In this document: positions 16,141-26,297 of the stretch, one piece after another
Layout: every line of letters begins with the position of its first letter
Numbering within the stretch: position 1 is the first letter of the stretch
Translations under genes and position numbers: made by a program
Assembly: GCA_028696075.1 (NCBI GenBank)
Contig: JAQVHS010000005.1
Span: 6,656-70,655 of the forward strand
Reading direction: 5' to 3'
Source: Candidatus Gastranaerophilales bacterium
GTDB taxonomy: Bacteria; Cyanobacteriota; Vampirovibrionia; Gastranaerophilales; JAILCC01
Length of the DNA: 64,000 nt
The notes under the pieces: model-generated
Told to the model about the DNA's origin: nothing
Databases searched by the model: none
Seen by the model: only the letters and a program-made list of their open reading frames with translations

Positions 16141-16908
16141 ATGCTTTTGGCTCTTGATATAGGTAATTCATCAATTTCAATAGGAATTTTTAAAGAAAAT
16201 AAATTAGTAAAAACTTTTAAGGTCGCAAGCGATAAAAAACGCTCCTGCGACGAATACGGGGCTGTTTTGACTACCATCTTAGAGCAACATCAGCTAAAAT
16301 CAGAATTAAAATCAGCTGTTATAGCAAGCGTTGTTTTACCGCTGACCGATGTTTTAAAAGAGGCAATAGACAGCTATCTCAATATCCCTGTTTTTAAAAT
16401 CACCTCCAAAGTAAACACGGGCGTAAAATACAAAGTGGATAACCCCAAAGAAATAGGCGCCGACAGAATCGCAAACGCAAGGGCTGCTTATGAACTTTAC
16501 GGTAAACCCTGCGTAGTAGTGGACTTTGGAACAGCAACAAACTTCGATGTTGTGTCAAAAGAAGGCGAATTTTTAGGCGGAGTAATAGCCCCCGGGCTTG
16601 GTATAAGCGCTAATGCTTTGAGTACTTACACTTCACTTCTGCCAAAAGTAAAAATAGAAAAACCATCCTCCGCCATAGGCAAAAACACTATAGACAATAT
16701 TTTATCGGGGCTTGTCATCGGGCATGCCAAAATGATAGACGGCATGATAGAAGAAATAGAAAAAGAACTGGGCGAAAAAGTAATCACCATAGCAACAGGC
16801 GGATACTCGGATATTTTAGAAAGCAGCCTGAATCGCCGGTTTGACTATATTAACCCCAACTTGACCTTGGAAGGTCTGAGGTTAATTTATAACAACATTA
16901 AGAGTTGA
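16141..16908 (+). CDS. coaX: type III pantothenate kinase
   Basis: LALDIGNSSI N-terminus, GADR and DFGTATN motifs. Confidence 0.9.
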   Translation: MLLALDIGNSSISIGIFKENKLVKTFKVASDKKRSCDEYGAVLTTILEQHQLKSELKSAVIASVVLPLTDVLKEAIDSYLNIPVFKITSKVNTGVKYKVDNPKEIGADRIANARAAYELYGKPCVVVDFGTATNFDVVSKEGEFLGGVIAPGLGISANALSTYTSLLPKVKIEKPSSAIGKNTIDNILSGLVIGHAKMIDGMIEEIEKELGEKVITIATGGYSDILESSLNRRFDYINPNLTLEGLRLIYNNIKS

Positions 16909-16996
16909 ACAGATGAATAGGTGAAAATATTAACAAATAATTGTCATGCTTGTATATGTCAACTAATTCGATGACAAAAATTCTTCAGGTAAAATG

Positions 16997-17983
16997 TTAA
17001 TCAAACCTTAAAATCCCGCTGCCCCAAGCGAGTCCCGCACCAAAACCACTTATTGCAATAGTACAGGGTCTTTCAAATTCTTTCATCTCAAAAGCTTCTG
17101 TTAAAGCCACAAATATTGAAGCAGCGGAAGTATTACCGTATTTGTGAAGGTTATGAAATACCTGTCCGTCATGAAAGCCCAATCTTTCCTGCACCGCTTT
17201 TATAATTCTTACGTTAGCCTGATGAAGCACCAAATAATCAATATCACCGATAGTTAAACCCGCCTGCTCTACCACGGATAATATCGAATCAGGGATGGTA
17301 TTTACCACAAATTTATAAATCTCTTTGCCGTTCATATAAAGGTGTTGAGGCAAAACTTCTTTTTGTGCAACTAAAGGTGAGTTTTGTGTTCCCATAGGCA
17401 GCGTTAACTCCTGCCCCCTTGAGCCATCGGCATGTATCGACATAGAAAGAATGCCCTCAAAATTATCCGAAGCCTGCAAAATCATAGCTCCTGCGCCATC
17501 ACCGAAAATTATACAGGTATTTCTGTCTGTCCAATCAACAAATCTTGAGTGCGCGTCTGCACCTATGACAAGAATTGTTTTATACATTCCGCTTTGGATA
17601 TAAGCTCTTGCGGTGTTCATTGCATAAATGGCACCCGTACAGGCAACTGCCATATCAAAACACGGAATATGTCTTTCTATGCCGAGCATACTTTGCACTT
17701 CGCTTGCTAAATTGGGATAAATGCTGTCATTAACGGAAGTAGCAACTATTATCATATCTATGTCGTTTTTGTCGATTTTGGCGTCTATAATAGCATCTAC
17801 TGCAGCATCGTGGGCAAGCTCGGAAAGTCTTTCATCCCCTGCTAAAACACGTCTTTCTTTAATACCTGTGCGTGTAGAAATCCATTCGTCATCGGTTTCT
17901 ACTAATTTTGCCATGTCAAAATTGGTTAAATATGTTTCGGGTAATGCTTTTCCCAGTCCTGCTATTTTTACTTTTGGAGCCAT
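16997..17983 (-). CDS. fabH: 3-oxoacyl-ACP synthase III
   Basis: Active-site ACTG, HQAN and GNTSAAS motifs. 328 aa. Confidence 0.95.
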   Translation of the reverse strand: MAPKVKIAGLGKALPETYLTNFDMAKLVETDDEWISTRTGIKERRVLAGDERLSELAHDAAVDAIIDAKIDKNDIDMIIVATSVNDSIYPNLASEVQSMLGIERHIPCFDMAVACTGAIYAMNTARAYIQSGMYKTILVIGADAHSRFVDWTDRNTCIIFGDGAGAMILQASDNFEGILSMSIHADGSRGQELTLPMGTQNSPLVAQKEVLPQHLYMNGKEIYKFVVNTIPDSILSVVEQAGLTIGDIDYLVLHQANVRIIKAVQERLGFHDGQVFHNLHKYGNTSAASIFVALTEAFEMKEFERPCTIAISGFGAGLAWGSGILRFD

Positions 17984-18003
17984 ACTATTTTCTCTTCTGT
18001 GTT

Positions 18004-18999
18004 TTATTTAACCTGCGAACTTATTTTTTCATTCACACCTTTTTCGACGGCATCTTTAGCAACACGAATGGCATTTTTTACAGCTAATGCCTTGCTGCTT
18101 CCGTGAGATATTACGGAAATACCTTTAACACCTAAAAGCAAAGCTCCGCCGTATTCTTGATAATCAAGTTTTTTCTTAATGTTCATAAACAGCGGCTTTG
18201 ATAAAAGCCCCAAAATTTTGGCAAAAGGCGATGATGTAAACTGCTCTTTAATCATCTTCATCATTGTATAGATTGTTCCTTCTGCTACTTTTAGCACCAC
18301 ATTACCTACAAAACCGTCAGCTACAATAACATGACAATCACCGATAAATACATCTCTGCCTTCAACGTTGCCTATAAAATTCAATTCTTCTTTTTTTGCC
18401 GATAAAATATTAAATACTTCTTTCACAAGGTTGTTACCCTTGCCCTCTTCTTCGCCGATATTCATAACTCCGACGGTAGGGTTGTCATAACCTAAAATAC
18501 TTTGAGCAAAAACCCTGCCCATGATAGCAAACTGATAAAGCATATTCGCATCACAATCGCTGTTTGCACCGGCATCAATAAGAACAACAGGGTTTTTAAA
18601 ACTGGGCAGAGTAGCACATATTGCGGGTCTTGAAATTCCGCTCAGCCTGCCCAGCCCAAATAAACTCGCAGCCATAGCAGCACCTGTGGAACCCGCTGCA
18701 ATAAGCCCTTGCGACTCACCTTTTGCAACGCTTTCAACCGTTAAAACTATTGAAGCTTTTTTCTTCGTTCTCAAAGCTTTCGCAGGAGACTCACCCATTT
18801 CAATAACTTCATCAGTATGGGTTATTGCTATATCAAGCCCTTTTGTGTCATATTTTGCAAGTTCTTTCTCTATCTCGGGTTGCACCCCGATAAGTTGAAT
18901 TGCAACACCGTATTCTTTTGCAGCATCAACCGCCCCTTTAACTGTCTCTAAAGGTGCAAAATCTCCGCCCATTGCATCTACTGCTATTCTAATTGTCAT
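18004..18999 (-). CDS. plsX: phosphate acyltransferase PlsX
   Basis: IAVDAMGGD N-terminus. Located in the rpmF-plsX-fabH arrangement. Confidence 0.95.
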   Translation of the reverse strand: MTIRIAVDAMGGDFAPLETVKGAVDAAKEYGVAIQLIGVQPEIEKELAKYDTKGLDIAITHTDEVIEMGESPAKALRTKKKASIVLTVESVAKGESQGLIAAGSTGAAMAASLFGLGRLSGISRPAICATLPSFKNPVVLIDAGANSDCDANMLYQFAIMGRVFAQSILGYDNPTVGVMNIGEEEGKGNNLVKEVFNILSAKKEELNFIGNVEGRDVFIGDCHVIVADGFVGNVVLKVAEGTIYTMMKMIKEQFTSSPFAKILGLLSKPLFMNIKKKLDYQEYGGALLLGVKGISVISHGSSKALAVKNAIRVAKDAVEKGVNEKISSQVK

Positions 19000-19021
19000 T
19001 GTTGTTCACTCTAAAATGTAA

Positions 19022-19216
19022 CTAGTCTTCAACAACTACTTCTTTTTTGCTTGCTTTTTTGTCTTTGTCATAATAACCGCAAGCAGCGCAAACAGTGTGC
19101 GATAATTTTGTTTCACCGCATTGTCTGCATGTTGTTGTAGTCGGTAATGTAGCTTTCCAGTTAGCTCTTCTGTGCGCTTGCGCTGATGCGCCTGTTCTTT
19201 TCTTTGGTACTGCCAT
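19022..19216 (-). CDS. rpmF: 50S ribosomal protein L32
   Basis: MAVPKKRT N-terminus and a CxxC..CxxC zinc ribbon. Confidence 0.9.
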   Translation of the reverse strand: MAVPKKRTGASAQAHRRANWKATLPTTTTCRQCGETKLSHTVCAACGYYDKDKKASKKEVVVED

Positions 19217-19235
19217 GATTTTTTCCTTTACTTTA

Positions 19236-19715
19236 TTATTTATTTTTATCGTTTTTCTTTAAAGGGATTTCTATTCTAACGGTATTCTCATCATCTTTGA
19301 GACACCTTTGAACTTCATCCGTTCCTATACAATTTATATCACAAAGTTTTTTATTTGGGACATTTAAAATTATACTTTGGTAAATTAAATCTCTCAAGTC
19401 AATTTCTTCCCTGCCGTATAATTCTTCTGCAAAATTACTATGCTTAATTTCGTATTCTTTAGTATTTTCGGGGATAAACGACTCTTTATAAAATTTTTCG
19501 TCAATATTTATAATGAAATTTTCCGTGTATGTTTTTAAACATCTGTCGCATTCACACTCAAGCTCAGCTTCAATCTCGCCTGTGATTTCTATGATATCAC
19601 CATTCATGGACGCTTCAACTTCACCTTGCGCATGTGCTTTTAAATCTTCAAAATCCTCGTCAATGGAAAATTCCTGCACTCTGTCGATTTCTAAATCTTT
19701 AATATTAATAATCAT
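19236..19715 (-). CDS. yceD: YceD/DUF177 family protein
   Basis: Acidic protein immediately upstream of rpmF with a C-x-x-C pair. Start chosen at MIINIKD. The longer ORF extends to 19766. Confidence 0.7.
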   Translation of the reverse strand: MIINIKDLEIDRVQEFSIDEDFEDLKAHAQGEVEASMNGDIIEITGEIEAELECECDRCLKTYTENFIINIDEKFYKESFIPENTKEYEIKHSNFAEELYGREEIDLRDLIYQSIILNVPNKKLCDINCIGTDEVQRCLKDDENTVRIEIPLKKNDKNK

Positions 19716-19796
19716 ACCTGTTCCAAACTCTGATTTTTTAATGTTAACACAAAAAAACCAAGGCATGAACCTTGGCTTTTTTATATATAAATACTT

Positions 19797-20138
19797 CTAT
19801 GATTTTGATGTAACTGCTTTGTAAATACCGCCTATCGCAGCCCCAATTGCAGCAGGAATAAGCGCACCCATTGCAAGAGCACCAACAATAGGTAGTTTTA
19901 ATGCCTCTTTTGTTCCAACAATCTTGACGACCGATATCATATTATGTATAAAATTTGCTCCAAAAACTAATAAACCTCCGCCTAAAAGACCTTTGCCTAT
20001 AGCAGACGCCTTAGAAGGAGTATAACTATCCGCAGTTGTCGCAACGGCAGCTGAGCCAAAAGATTGCGCCTGCACCATATTATCTTTTGTTTTAATCGGT
20101 TGTGCGCCTTGTGCTAAATTTACAGATTCTATGCCCAT
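19797..20138 (-). CDS. hypothetical small membrane protein (Gly/Ala-rich TM segments)
   Basis: GAGG RBS 8 nt before the ATG at 20138. C-terminal half is hydrophobic and glycine-zipper-like. No family recognised. Confidence 0.45.
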   Translation of the reverse strand: MGIESVNLAQGAQPIKTKDNMVQAQSFGSAAVATTADSYTPSKASAIGKGLLGGGLLVFGANFIHNMISVVKIVGTKEALKLPIVGALAMGALIPAAIGAAIGGIYKAVTSKS

Positions 20139-20201
20139 GTTTATACCTCGCTTTACCTTATGCACTAATAAAAACACAAAGGCGCAGAAATTTGTCTGTT
20201 A

Positions 20202-21650
20202 TTACAAAAACTTTACAAATTCGGCATTTGTGGCTTGTTCATAGCTGTAAGCAAAGTTCAAAAGTTTCTGCTCCTCAAGTACATTGGCTGTAAGCTGCAG
20301 CCCTATCGGCATATTTTCTTTATCAAAACCGCAAGGAACGCTCATAGCAGCAACACCCGCAAGGTTAGCCGTAATAGTACCTATATCCATTAGATACATG
20401 CTCAATGGGTCTGAAATTTTGGAATTCAAATCAAACGCTGTAGTCGGGCATGTAGGAGATAAAAGCACGTCCGCCTGTTCGAAGGCTTTGTCATAATCCT
20501 GTTTAATTAAAGAACGGATTTGCTGTGCTTTTTTATAATAAGCATCATAGTAGCCTGAGCTTAATGCGTACGTGCCAAGCATAATACGTCTTTTAACTTC
20601 ATCGCCAAAAGCTTCGGAGCGTGTTTTTGTAAACATTTCAATCAAGCTTTCGGTGTCTTTTGCCCTGTAGGTATAGCGAACACCGTCATACCTTGCAAGG
20701 TTAGAGCTTGCTTCTGCCGTAGCGATAATATAGTAGGTGCCGATTGCATATTTTACGTGGGGTAAAGAAACAGGCACTATTGCTGCACCAAGGCTCTCAT
20801 ATAACTTGATGGTACTTTCTACGGCAACTTTTACCTCATCCTGCACGCCTTCTGCCAAAAGCTCTGTAATAACACCTATTTTTAGACCTTTTAAATCAGA
20901 GGTTAAATTCTTTGAATATTCTCCAACAGGGGTATTGATAGAGGTAGAGTCGTTTTTGTCGTAACCTGAAATGACTTCTAAAAGCATAGCTATATCTTTT
21001 GTGCTGCGGGCAAAAGGACCTATTTGGTCCAAACTGCTTGCAAACGCAATCAAACCATATCTTGAAACCCTGCCGTAAGACGGTTTTAAGCCGAAAATAC
21101 CGCAAAAACTTGCAGGAAGTCTGATGCTTCCGCCGGTATCGGAACCCAAAGACAACAAAGCCTCGCCTGCTGCAACGGCTGCAGCAGAACCGCCTGAGCT
21201 TCCGCCCGGAACTTTTGTTGTATTATGAGGGTTTTTGGTAATTTTAAAAGCGCTATTTTCGGTAGAGCTGCCCATCGCAAATTCATCCATATTAGCTTTC
21301 GCTACAACAGGGATAAGGTTTTCTTCAAGTTTATTTGCAACGGTAGCGCTATACGGAGATACAAAATTTTCAAGCATTTTACTGCTTGCTGTTGTCAAAG
21401 TGTTTTTTACACAAATATTATCTTTAATGATTAAAGGCACACCTGCAAGCAAAGGCAGCTTATCACCCTTAGCAATTTTTTCATCGACATTTTTTGCTGT
21501 TTCATAAGCCAATTCTTTGGTTAAAGCGTTAAGCGCTTCGACTTTTGGCTCTTGCTCTTCTATCGTTTTATAAGAAAAATCAACAAGTTCTTTTGCGCTG
21601 ATTTTTTTTGATAATAATGCTTCTTGTGCTTCTGTGGCGGTTTTGAACAT
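20202..21650 (-). CDS. gatA: Glu/Asp-tRNA amidotransferase subunit A
   Basis: Amidase signature GGSSGGSAAAVAAG. 482 aa. Confidence 0.95.
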   Translation of the reverse strand: MFKTATEAQEALLSKKISAKELVDFSYKTIEEQEPKVEALNALTKELAYETAKNVDEKIAKGDKLPLLAGVPLIIKDNICVKNTLTTASSKMLENFVSPYSATVANKLEENLIPVVAKANMDEFAMGSSTENSAFKITKNPHNTTKVPGGSSGGSAAAVAAGEALLSLGSDTGGSIRLPASFCGIFGLKPSYGRVSRYGLIAFASSLDQIGPFARSTKDIAMLLEVISGYDKNDSTSINTPVGEYSKNLTSDLKGLKIGVITELLAEGVQDEVKVAVESTIKLYESLGAAIVPVSLPHVKYAIGTYYIIATAEASSNLARYDGVRYTYRAKDTESLIEMFTKTRSEAFGDEVKRRIMLGTYALSSGYYDAYYKKAQQIRSLIKQDYDKAFEQADVLLSPTCPTTAFDLNSKISDPLSMYLMDIGTITANLAGVAAMSVPCGFDKENMPIGLQLTANVLEEQKLLNFAYSYEQATNAEFVKFL

Positions 21651-21733
21651 TAAATTTTCTCCAAGTGCTATTCTTTACTTATATTTTACAACAAACAAAA
21701 AGAAGCTAAATGTTTCGGTCCTTATTTTTATCA

Positions 21734-21913
21734 TCAAAAATTATTTAAAATATTCTTTATCTTCTGTAGGATTTGCGCCATCATTAAACTACATCCATCG
21801 ACAACCTCATTTTTTTCTTCGCTATATTTTAGCGCAGAAAGCAAAACTTGAGACATTAAAATTATATCTAACAACTCTTTTTCTATATTAACAATTTTTT
21901 TATAACTTTTCAT
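21734..21913 (-). CDS. possible small helical protein (59 aa)
   Basis: Uninterrupted ORF just below the 60-aa track cutoff, translated by eye. Weak RBS. Confidence 0.2.
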   Translation of the reverse strand: MKSYKKIVNIEKELLDIILMSQVLLSALKYSEEKNEVVDGCSLMMAQILQKIKNILNNF

Positions 21914-22026
21914 ATATTACCCGCAAAAAGAAGCATAGTTTGCTTCTTTTATATACCTGCATAATTTTCTATATAATAACATCCATTGTTTGCACATGCA
22001 ATAAGAAGCATAATACTGTTATATAG

Positions 22027-22224
22027 TTGTACAGGTATACTATGAATAAAACTGAAAGAATATCCGATTTAAAAACAAATAAAACACACAAGGTCGCTTT
22101 TATGTTCAATGAAGATTTATGGCAAATGTTTAAAGTTACTTGTGCGAAAAATAGTACAAAACCCACTTGGGAACTTGAAAAATGGATTTTAAGCTATTTA
22201 GATAAAAATAATATGCTGGATTAA
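22027..22224 (+). CDS. small protein, possible ribbon-helix-helix fold
   Basis: The pattern KVAFMFNEDLWQMFKVTCAKN..TWELEKWIL fits strand-helix-helix. Guess only. Confidence 0.35.
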   Translation: MYRYTMNKTERISDLKTNKTHKVAFMFNEDLWQMFKVTCAKNSTKPTWELEKWILSYLDKNNMLD

Positions 22225-22280
22225 AACCCTATTTCATTGCAGTATGATAAACTTGGAATACCGACGAGAAAATAATACTT

Positions 22281-22490
22281 ATGTCAAATAAAAACGAAAG
22301 TTTAGTGAAGCTGGGTGAGCAAATAAAAAAACTAAGGAAAGAAAAAACTTTTTCTCAGATTAAGCTTGCTCTTTTATTAGGTATTAGCAAAGAACATTTA
22401 TCAAAAATTGAGCGAGGCGCAACCGCACCAAGTATCAATTTATTGCTTGAAATTTTAAAAATTACAGGCGGTCATTTTATTATTCAATAA
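22281..22490 (+). CDS. XRE-family helix-turn-helix transcriptional regulator (69 aa)
   Basis: LGEQIKKLRKEK..SQ..LA..LGISKEHLSKIERG is the classic HTH_3 pattern. Confidence 0.75.
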   Translation: MSNKNESLVKLGEQIKKLRKEKTFSQIKLALLLGISKEHLSKIERGATAPSINLLLEILKITGGHFIIQ

Positions 22491-22598
22491 ACTATCCTTG
22501 GCAATTATGGCTTTGTTTGATTGAAGCTTATAAATATATAATTGTGTTTTATATAAATTTAAAGTATAGTATCAGTGTAATAACTATTATTTTAAGGT

Positions 22599-23303
22599 TT
22601 GTCGGAAGTGCATAAAATAACATTTTTGGATGGCACAATAATTTTTTGTTTTATTATTGCAGTTTTGCTTTATATTCAACTGATTACATTAACGGGGCGT
22701 ATTACTCCTGTTGACTTAGTTTTTGTGTTGTTTGCATTAATACCCTGTTTTTTGTTAGTACTGCTAAAAATTGCCGAGGATTACCTGAAATGGAAGAAGA
22801 CTTCAATTATTTCTATATTAGCTCCCATTATACCTTTAAGTATATTTTATTTCGCACTATTGTCCGGAATTATTTTCATAGGCTCAGAAATGTTTCCGGA
22901 TGGACCTGAAACACCCTCGGCTTACTCCTATTCTGGAAAAGTTAGAAATTTAAAACGTTATGCAGGATTTGAACATTTCCCAAACCAACTGCCTGATGGT
23001 ATTTCGGATTACCACTTTCAAATTGATAGGGCTATGAATGATAATACTCATTATGTAAAATTTAATATCAATAAACAATATATTGAAAACATAATGAAAG
23101 AATATGGTTCAAAATGTATCATATTTACGGATAAAGAAAATTTTGACAAGTATGATATAACAATCTATCCGGATGAAATAACAGACGCCGACAAGATTTG
23201 TATTTTACATAAGGCCTCTTTTCAGGACAATGCTCCTTATACAAGCGGAATAGCTATTTACAATACGAATACCATTTATTTTTTCCTTGCAGATTACATA
23301 TGA
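22599..23303 (+). CDS. hypothetical membrane protein (4 TM + soluble C-terminal domain); start uncertain (GTG 22608 possible)
   Basis: Hydrophobic N-terminal half. No motif recognised. Confidence 0.45.
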   Translation: MSEVHKITFLDGTIIFCFIIAVLLYIQLITLTGRITPVDLVFVLFALIPCFLLVLLKIAEDYLKWKKTSIISILAPIIPLSIFYFALLSGIIFIGSEMFPDGPETPSAYSYSGKVRNLKRYAGFEHFPNQLPDGISDYHFQIDRAMNDNTHYVKFNINKQYIENIMKEYGSKCIIFTDKENFDKYDITIYPDEITDADKICILHKASFQDNAPYTSGIAIYNTNTIYFFLADYI

Positions 23304-23408
23304 TGATATCATTACTGCTATACAAGCTTACAAAAAATCGCACAACCCTTTGATAAAGTTTTATTTTTCCTATAATATTAGTTTTGTTGTAGGGCTTTAT
23401 TCAAAAGT

Positions 23409-25163
23409 ATGTTAAAAGATAAAATAAAAAAAATAATCACAGCGGCGATAAACAAAGCTTGCGAAGGAAAAAAACTGGGTTCACTTGAGAGCGCAACCCA
23501 AGTGGATATCATCATAGAAAAACCGAAAAATCCTGACTTCGGCGACTTTTCAATAAATGTTTCGCCCTACGCACGAGCGGCAAAAATTGCTCCGCCTCTT
23601 ATTGCCCAAAACCTTGCAGAATTTTTAACATCAACTTCATTTGAGGTTAATATAATAGGCGGATTTATGAATTTTAAGCTGTCAGACGGGTTTTTTAACG
23701 AAGCTTTGCAAAACATCCTTACAAAAAAAGCGACTTTCGGCGCAAATACCAGCGGCGGCAAAGAAAAGGTTATGCTTGAATACATAAGCGCCAATCCCAC
23801 AGGACCTTTGCATATAGGACATGGCAGATGGGCTTGTATGGGAAGCGCTTTGGCAAATTTATTAAAGTTCTCGGGCTATGACATTTATCAGGAATTTTAT
23901 ATTAACGATGCAGGCAACCAGATAAACAATCTGTCGCATTCTCTTTTCATAAGAGTTATGCAGGAATTAGGCGAAAATATTAATTTCCCGACCGATGAAG
24001 CGGAAGTTAAAAACTTCTATACAGGCGAATATCTAATCCAAACAGCAAAAGACTTTATTGCACAAAACCCCGAAACAGCGGCAAAAATCAAACAGGGGAA
24101 AAAACACTCTGAATTTAAAGAAGAGCTTGCGGATTTTGCGAAAAAATATATGCTTGATGAGCAAAAAAGGCTTTTGCAAAAACTCAATGTAGAATTTGAC
24201 AATTATTACAGCGAACTTGACCTTCACAGACAAAATAAAGTGGTTGAATGCCTTGAAAAACTTAAGCAAACGGGTCATACCTTTGAAAAAGACGGCGCTT
24301 TGTGGTTCAAAAGCACAACTTTTGGCGATGACCAAGACAGAGTTTTGATTAAAAATGACGGGGCTTACACTTATTTGAGCGCGGATATAGCTTACCATAT
24401 CGATAAAATGCAGCGCGGTTTTGAAAGGCTTATAAATATTTGGGGGGCAGACCACCATGGTTATGTAGCAAGAATTAAAGCCTCATTGGAAGCTTTTTCC
24501 TACGACCCGACCCACCTGGAAGTTCTTTTGGGGCAGCTGGTAAACCTTTTAATTGACGGCGAGCAGGTAAGAATGGGCAAGAGAAAGAAAATGATTACAC
24601 TTGAAGACCTTGTCGATGAAGTCGGAGCAGATGCCACAAGATTTTGGATGATAATGCGAAGCATAGATACAACGCTTGATTTTGATGTTGATTTGGCAAA
24701 ATCAAAAGCCGATGAAAACCCTGTTTTTTACGTCCAATACGCTCATGCCCGGGCTTGCAGCATAATAAGAAACGCACTGGCAAAAAGAGTTGATACCGTT
24801 AACAAAATAGAACTTGAACCTGCTTTTTCACAAGATGAAATTGACGAAACATTTAATACCAAAGAATTTTCGCCGCTGTATGACAAAAAGGACAAGGCTT
24901 ACAGTGCAACAAAAACACTGCTTTTGAAGCTTGATTCTTTTGAAGATATGATACTTTCAGCAGCAAAGCTTCGTGCGCCGTATTTGATAGCAAAATACGC
25001 CCAGGAGCTTGCGGGAGATTTCCACAGGTTTTATTCCGTAGCAAGGGTAATTACAGAAGACAAAGACCTTTCTAAATCAAGAATAGCTGTTGTTTTAAGT
25101 GTTCAAACCGTGCTTAAAAATGCGCTTGACCTTCTTGGCGTAAGCGCCCCTGAAGCTATGTAG
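23409..25163 (+). CDS. argS: arginine--tRNA ligase
   Basis: Class I HIGH (PTGPLHIGH) and a MGKRKK KMSKS-like motif. 584 aa. Confidence 0.95.
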   Translation: MLKDKIKKIITAAINKACEGKKLGSLESATQVDIIIEKPKNPDFGDFSINVSPYARAAKIAPPLIAQNLAEFLTSTSFEVNIIGGFMNFKLSDGFFNEALQNILTKKATFGANTSGGKEKVMLEYISANPTGPLHIGHGRWACMGSALANLLKFSGYDIYQEFYINDAGNQINNLSHSLFIRVMQELGENINFPTDEAEVKNFYTGEYLIQTAKDFIAQNPETAAKIKQGKKHSEFKEELADFAKKYMLDEQKRLLQKLNVEFDNYYSELDLHRQNKVVECLEKLKQTGHTFEKDGALWFKSTTFGDDQDRVLIKNDGAYTYLSADIAYHIDKMQRGFERLINIWGADHHGYVARIKASLEAFSYDPTHLEVLLGQLVNLLIDGEQVRMGKRKKMITLEDLVDEVGADATRFWMIMRSIDTTLDFDVDLAKSKADENPVFYVQYAHARACSIIRNALAKRVDTVNKIELEPAFSQDEIDETFNTKEFSPLYDKKDKAYSATKTLLLKLDSFEDMILSAAKLRAPYLIAKYAQELAGDFHRFYSVARVITEDKDLSKSRIAVVLSVQTVLKNALDLLGVSAPEAM

Positions 25164-25165
25164 AA

Positions 25166-25903
25166 TTATTTCGAGCGGTAATAGCCCCTGACTTTTGTGC
25201 CGTCGGCTCTTGTATAAGAATTAACCCAAACTAAATTCCCAGATTGAACTTCTTTTTTAGCATTCTCTTCTGATAAAATCTTTTTATTGGCAAAATCCTC
25301 AAGAATTCTTTGCCTGTTTTGTAAAAACTCTTCTTTCGGCATATTTTTGATTTCTTCAAGCGTGTAAACTCTGTTTATGTCATCAACAGGAGCAGCAAAA
25401 CCCGTTAAATTGGTATTTTGAAGCCTATTATAATTTTTTCTAAAATCTCTTTTATCATTTGGGTTAGTTATCAAGTCACATTTTCGCATACGCTGCATAA
25501 CTTTTTCGGCAATAATATCATCCATTTTACCGGTGGCTTGTAGCCTTAATACTTCTAAGAAATTGTATTCTTGCCTGATTTCTTTGGCAATATCTCTTCC
25601 TGCTTGATTATTCCACCAATCCATATTTGATTCGTTATATGAACTTTGGGCTTGCAGATTTTCTTTTTCATGTTTATCTCCAATTATTTTACTTCCGGCT
25701 TGAGTTAATTTTAATGCTAAATCTGCAGATGCAAAAGCGTGTTTAAATGCATCGGCTTCATTATTCCAAGTATCATTTTTAGAATTCTTACCTATTTCAA
25801 AGCCGTATTTTTTTTGATAATGCTTTGTTTTTCTATAAATTTCATTATTATAATGTTTAGCAGGATTTAACTTATCTGTTAATTTTTTAAAGCGGTCTGA
25901 CAT
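25166..25903 (-). CDS. hypothetical protein, DUF6973-like N-domain with phage-type C-terminal YTRxDGTxVxGYYR tail
   Basis: ADAFKHAF and NMDWWNNQAGRD motifs resemble the DAFRHA / MDxxNNxxGR pattern recalled for DUF6973. The C-terminus SYTRADGTKVRGYYRSK resembles tails of phage head-morphogenesis/polyvalent proteins. All from memory. Confidence 0.4.
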   Translation of the reverse strand: MSDRFKKLTDKLNPAKHYNNEIYRKTKHYQKKYGFEIGKNSKNDTWNNEADAFKHAFASADLALKLTQAGSKIIGDKHEKENLQAQSSYNESNMDWWNNQAGRDIAKEIRQEYNFLEVLRLQATGKMDDIIAEKVMQRMRKCDLITNPNDKRDFRKNYNRLQNTNLTGFAAPVDDINRVYTLEEIKNMPKEEFLQNRQRILEDFANKKILSEENAKKEVQSGNLVWVNSYTRADGTKVRGYYRSK

Positions 25904-25934
25904 AATTGTAATTCTCCTATTTTTACAGTAAACT

Positions 25935-26297
25935 TTGTATATGCTATATAAATATATTTCCTTAAAAATCTTATCTTTGTTGGGTTATTTGGGCTTTATT
26001 TTTAGCCTATATTTTCTTTTTCAAGAAAATTTTTTTAGTGTTGGTTTTTCATTACCTTACTTAACAATTAGTAATTTTGCTCTATACTATACGATATATT
26101 CGATTGTTTGTTCTTTAATATTTTTACTTTTTATTTTAGAAATTGTTATAAAAAAAAACATTGATTTTAAAAATGAAAAACCAAATGTTAAAACCATGCT
26201 CAAATTTATTTATTCCTTTTTTTTCTATTTCGGTTTAATAACTGCTCTCTTATTAATTACGGGTAATATCTATCTTTGGGTGATAATAGGTTTTTAG
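25935..26297 (+). CDS. hypothetical membrane protein (about 4 TM)
   Basis: 120 aa, very hydrophobic. TTG or nearby ATG start. Divergent from the 25166-25903 gene. Confidence 0.4.
   Translation: MYMLYKYISLKILSLLGYLGFIFSLYFLFQENFFSVGFSLPYLTISNFALYYTIYSIVCSLIFLLFILEIVIKKNIDFKNEKPNVKTMLKFIYSFFFYFGLITALLLITGNIYLWVIIGF

Noticed and set aside
23304-23408. T-box leader upstream of argS
   Set aside because: The intergenic region is only about 105 nt and AT-rich. I could find no specifier-loop or T-box (AANNNGGGTGGTACCGCG-like) sequence and no terminator/antiterminator pair.
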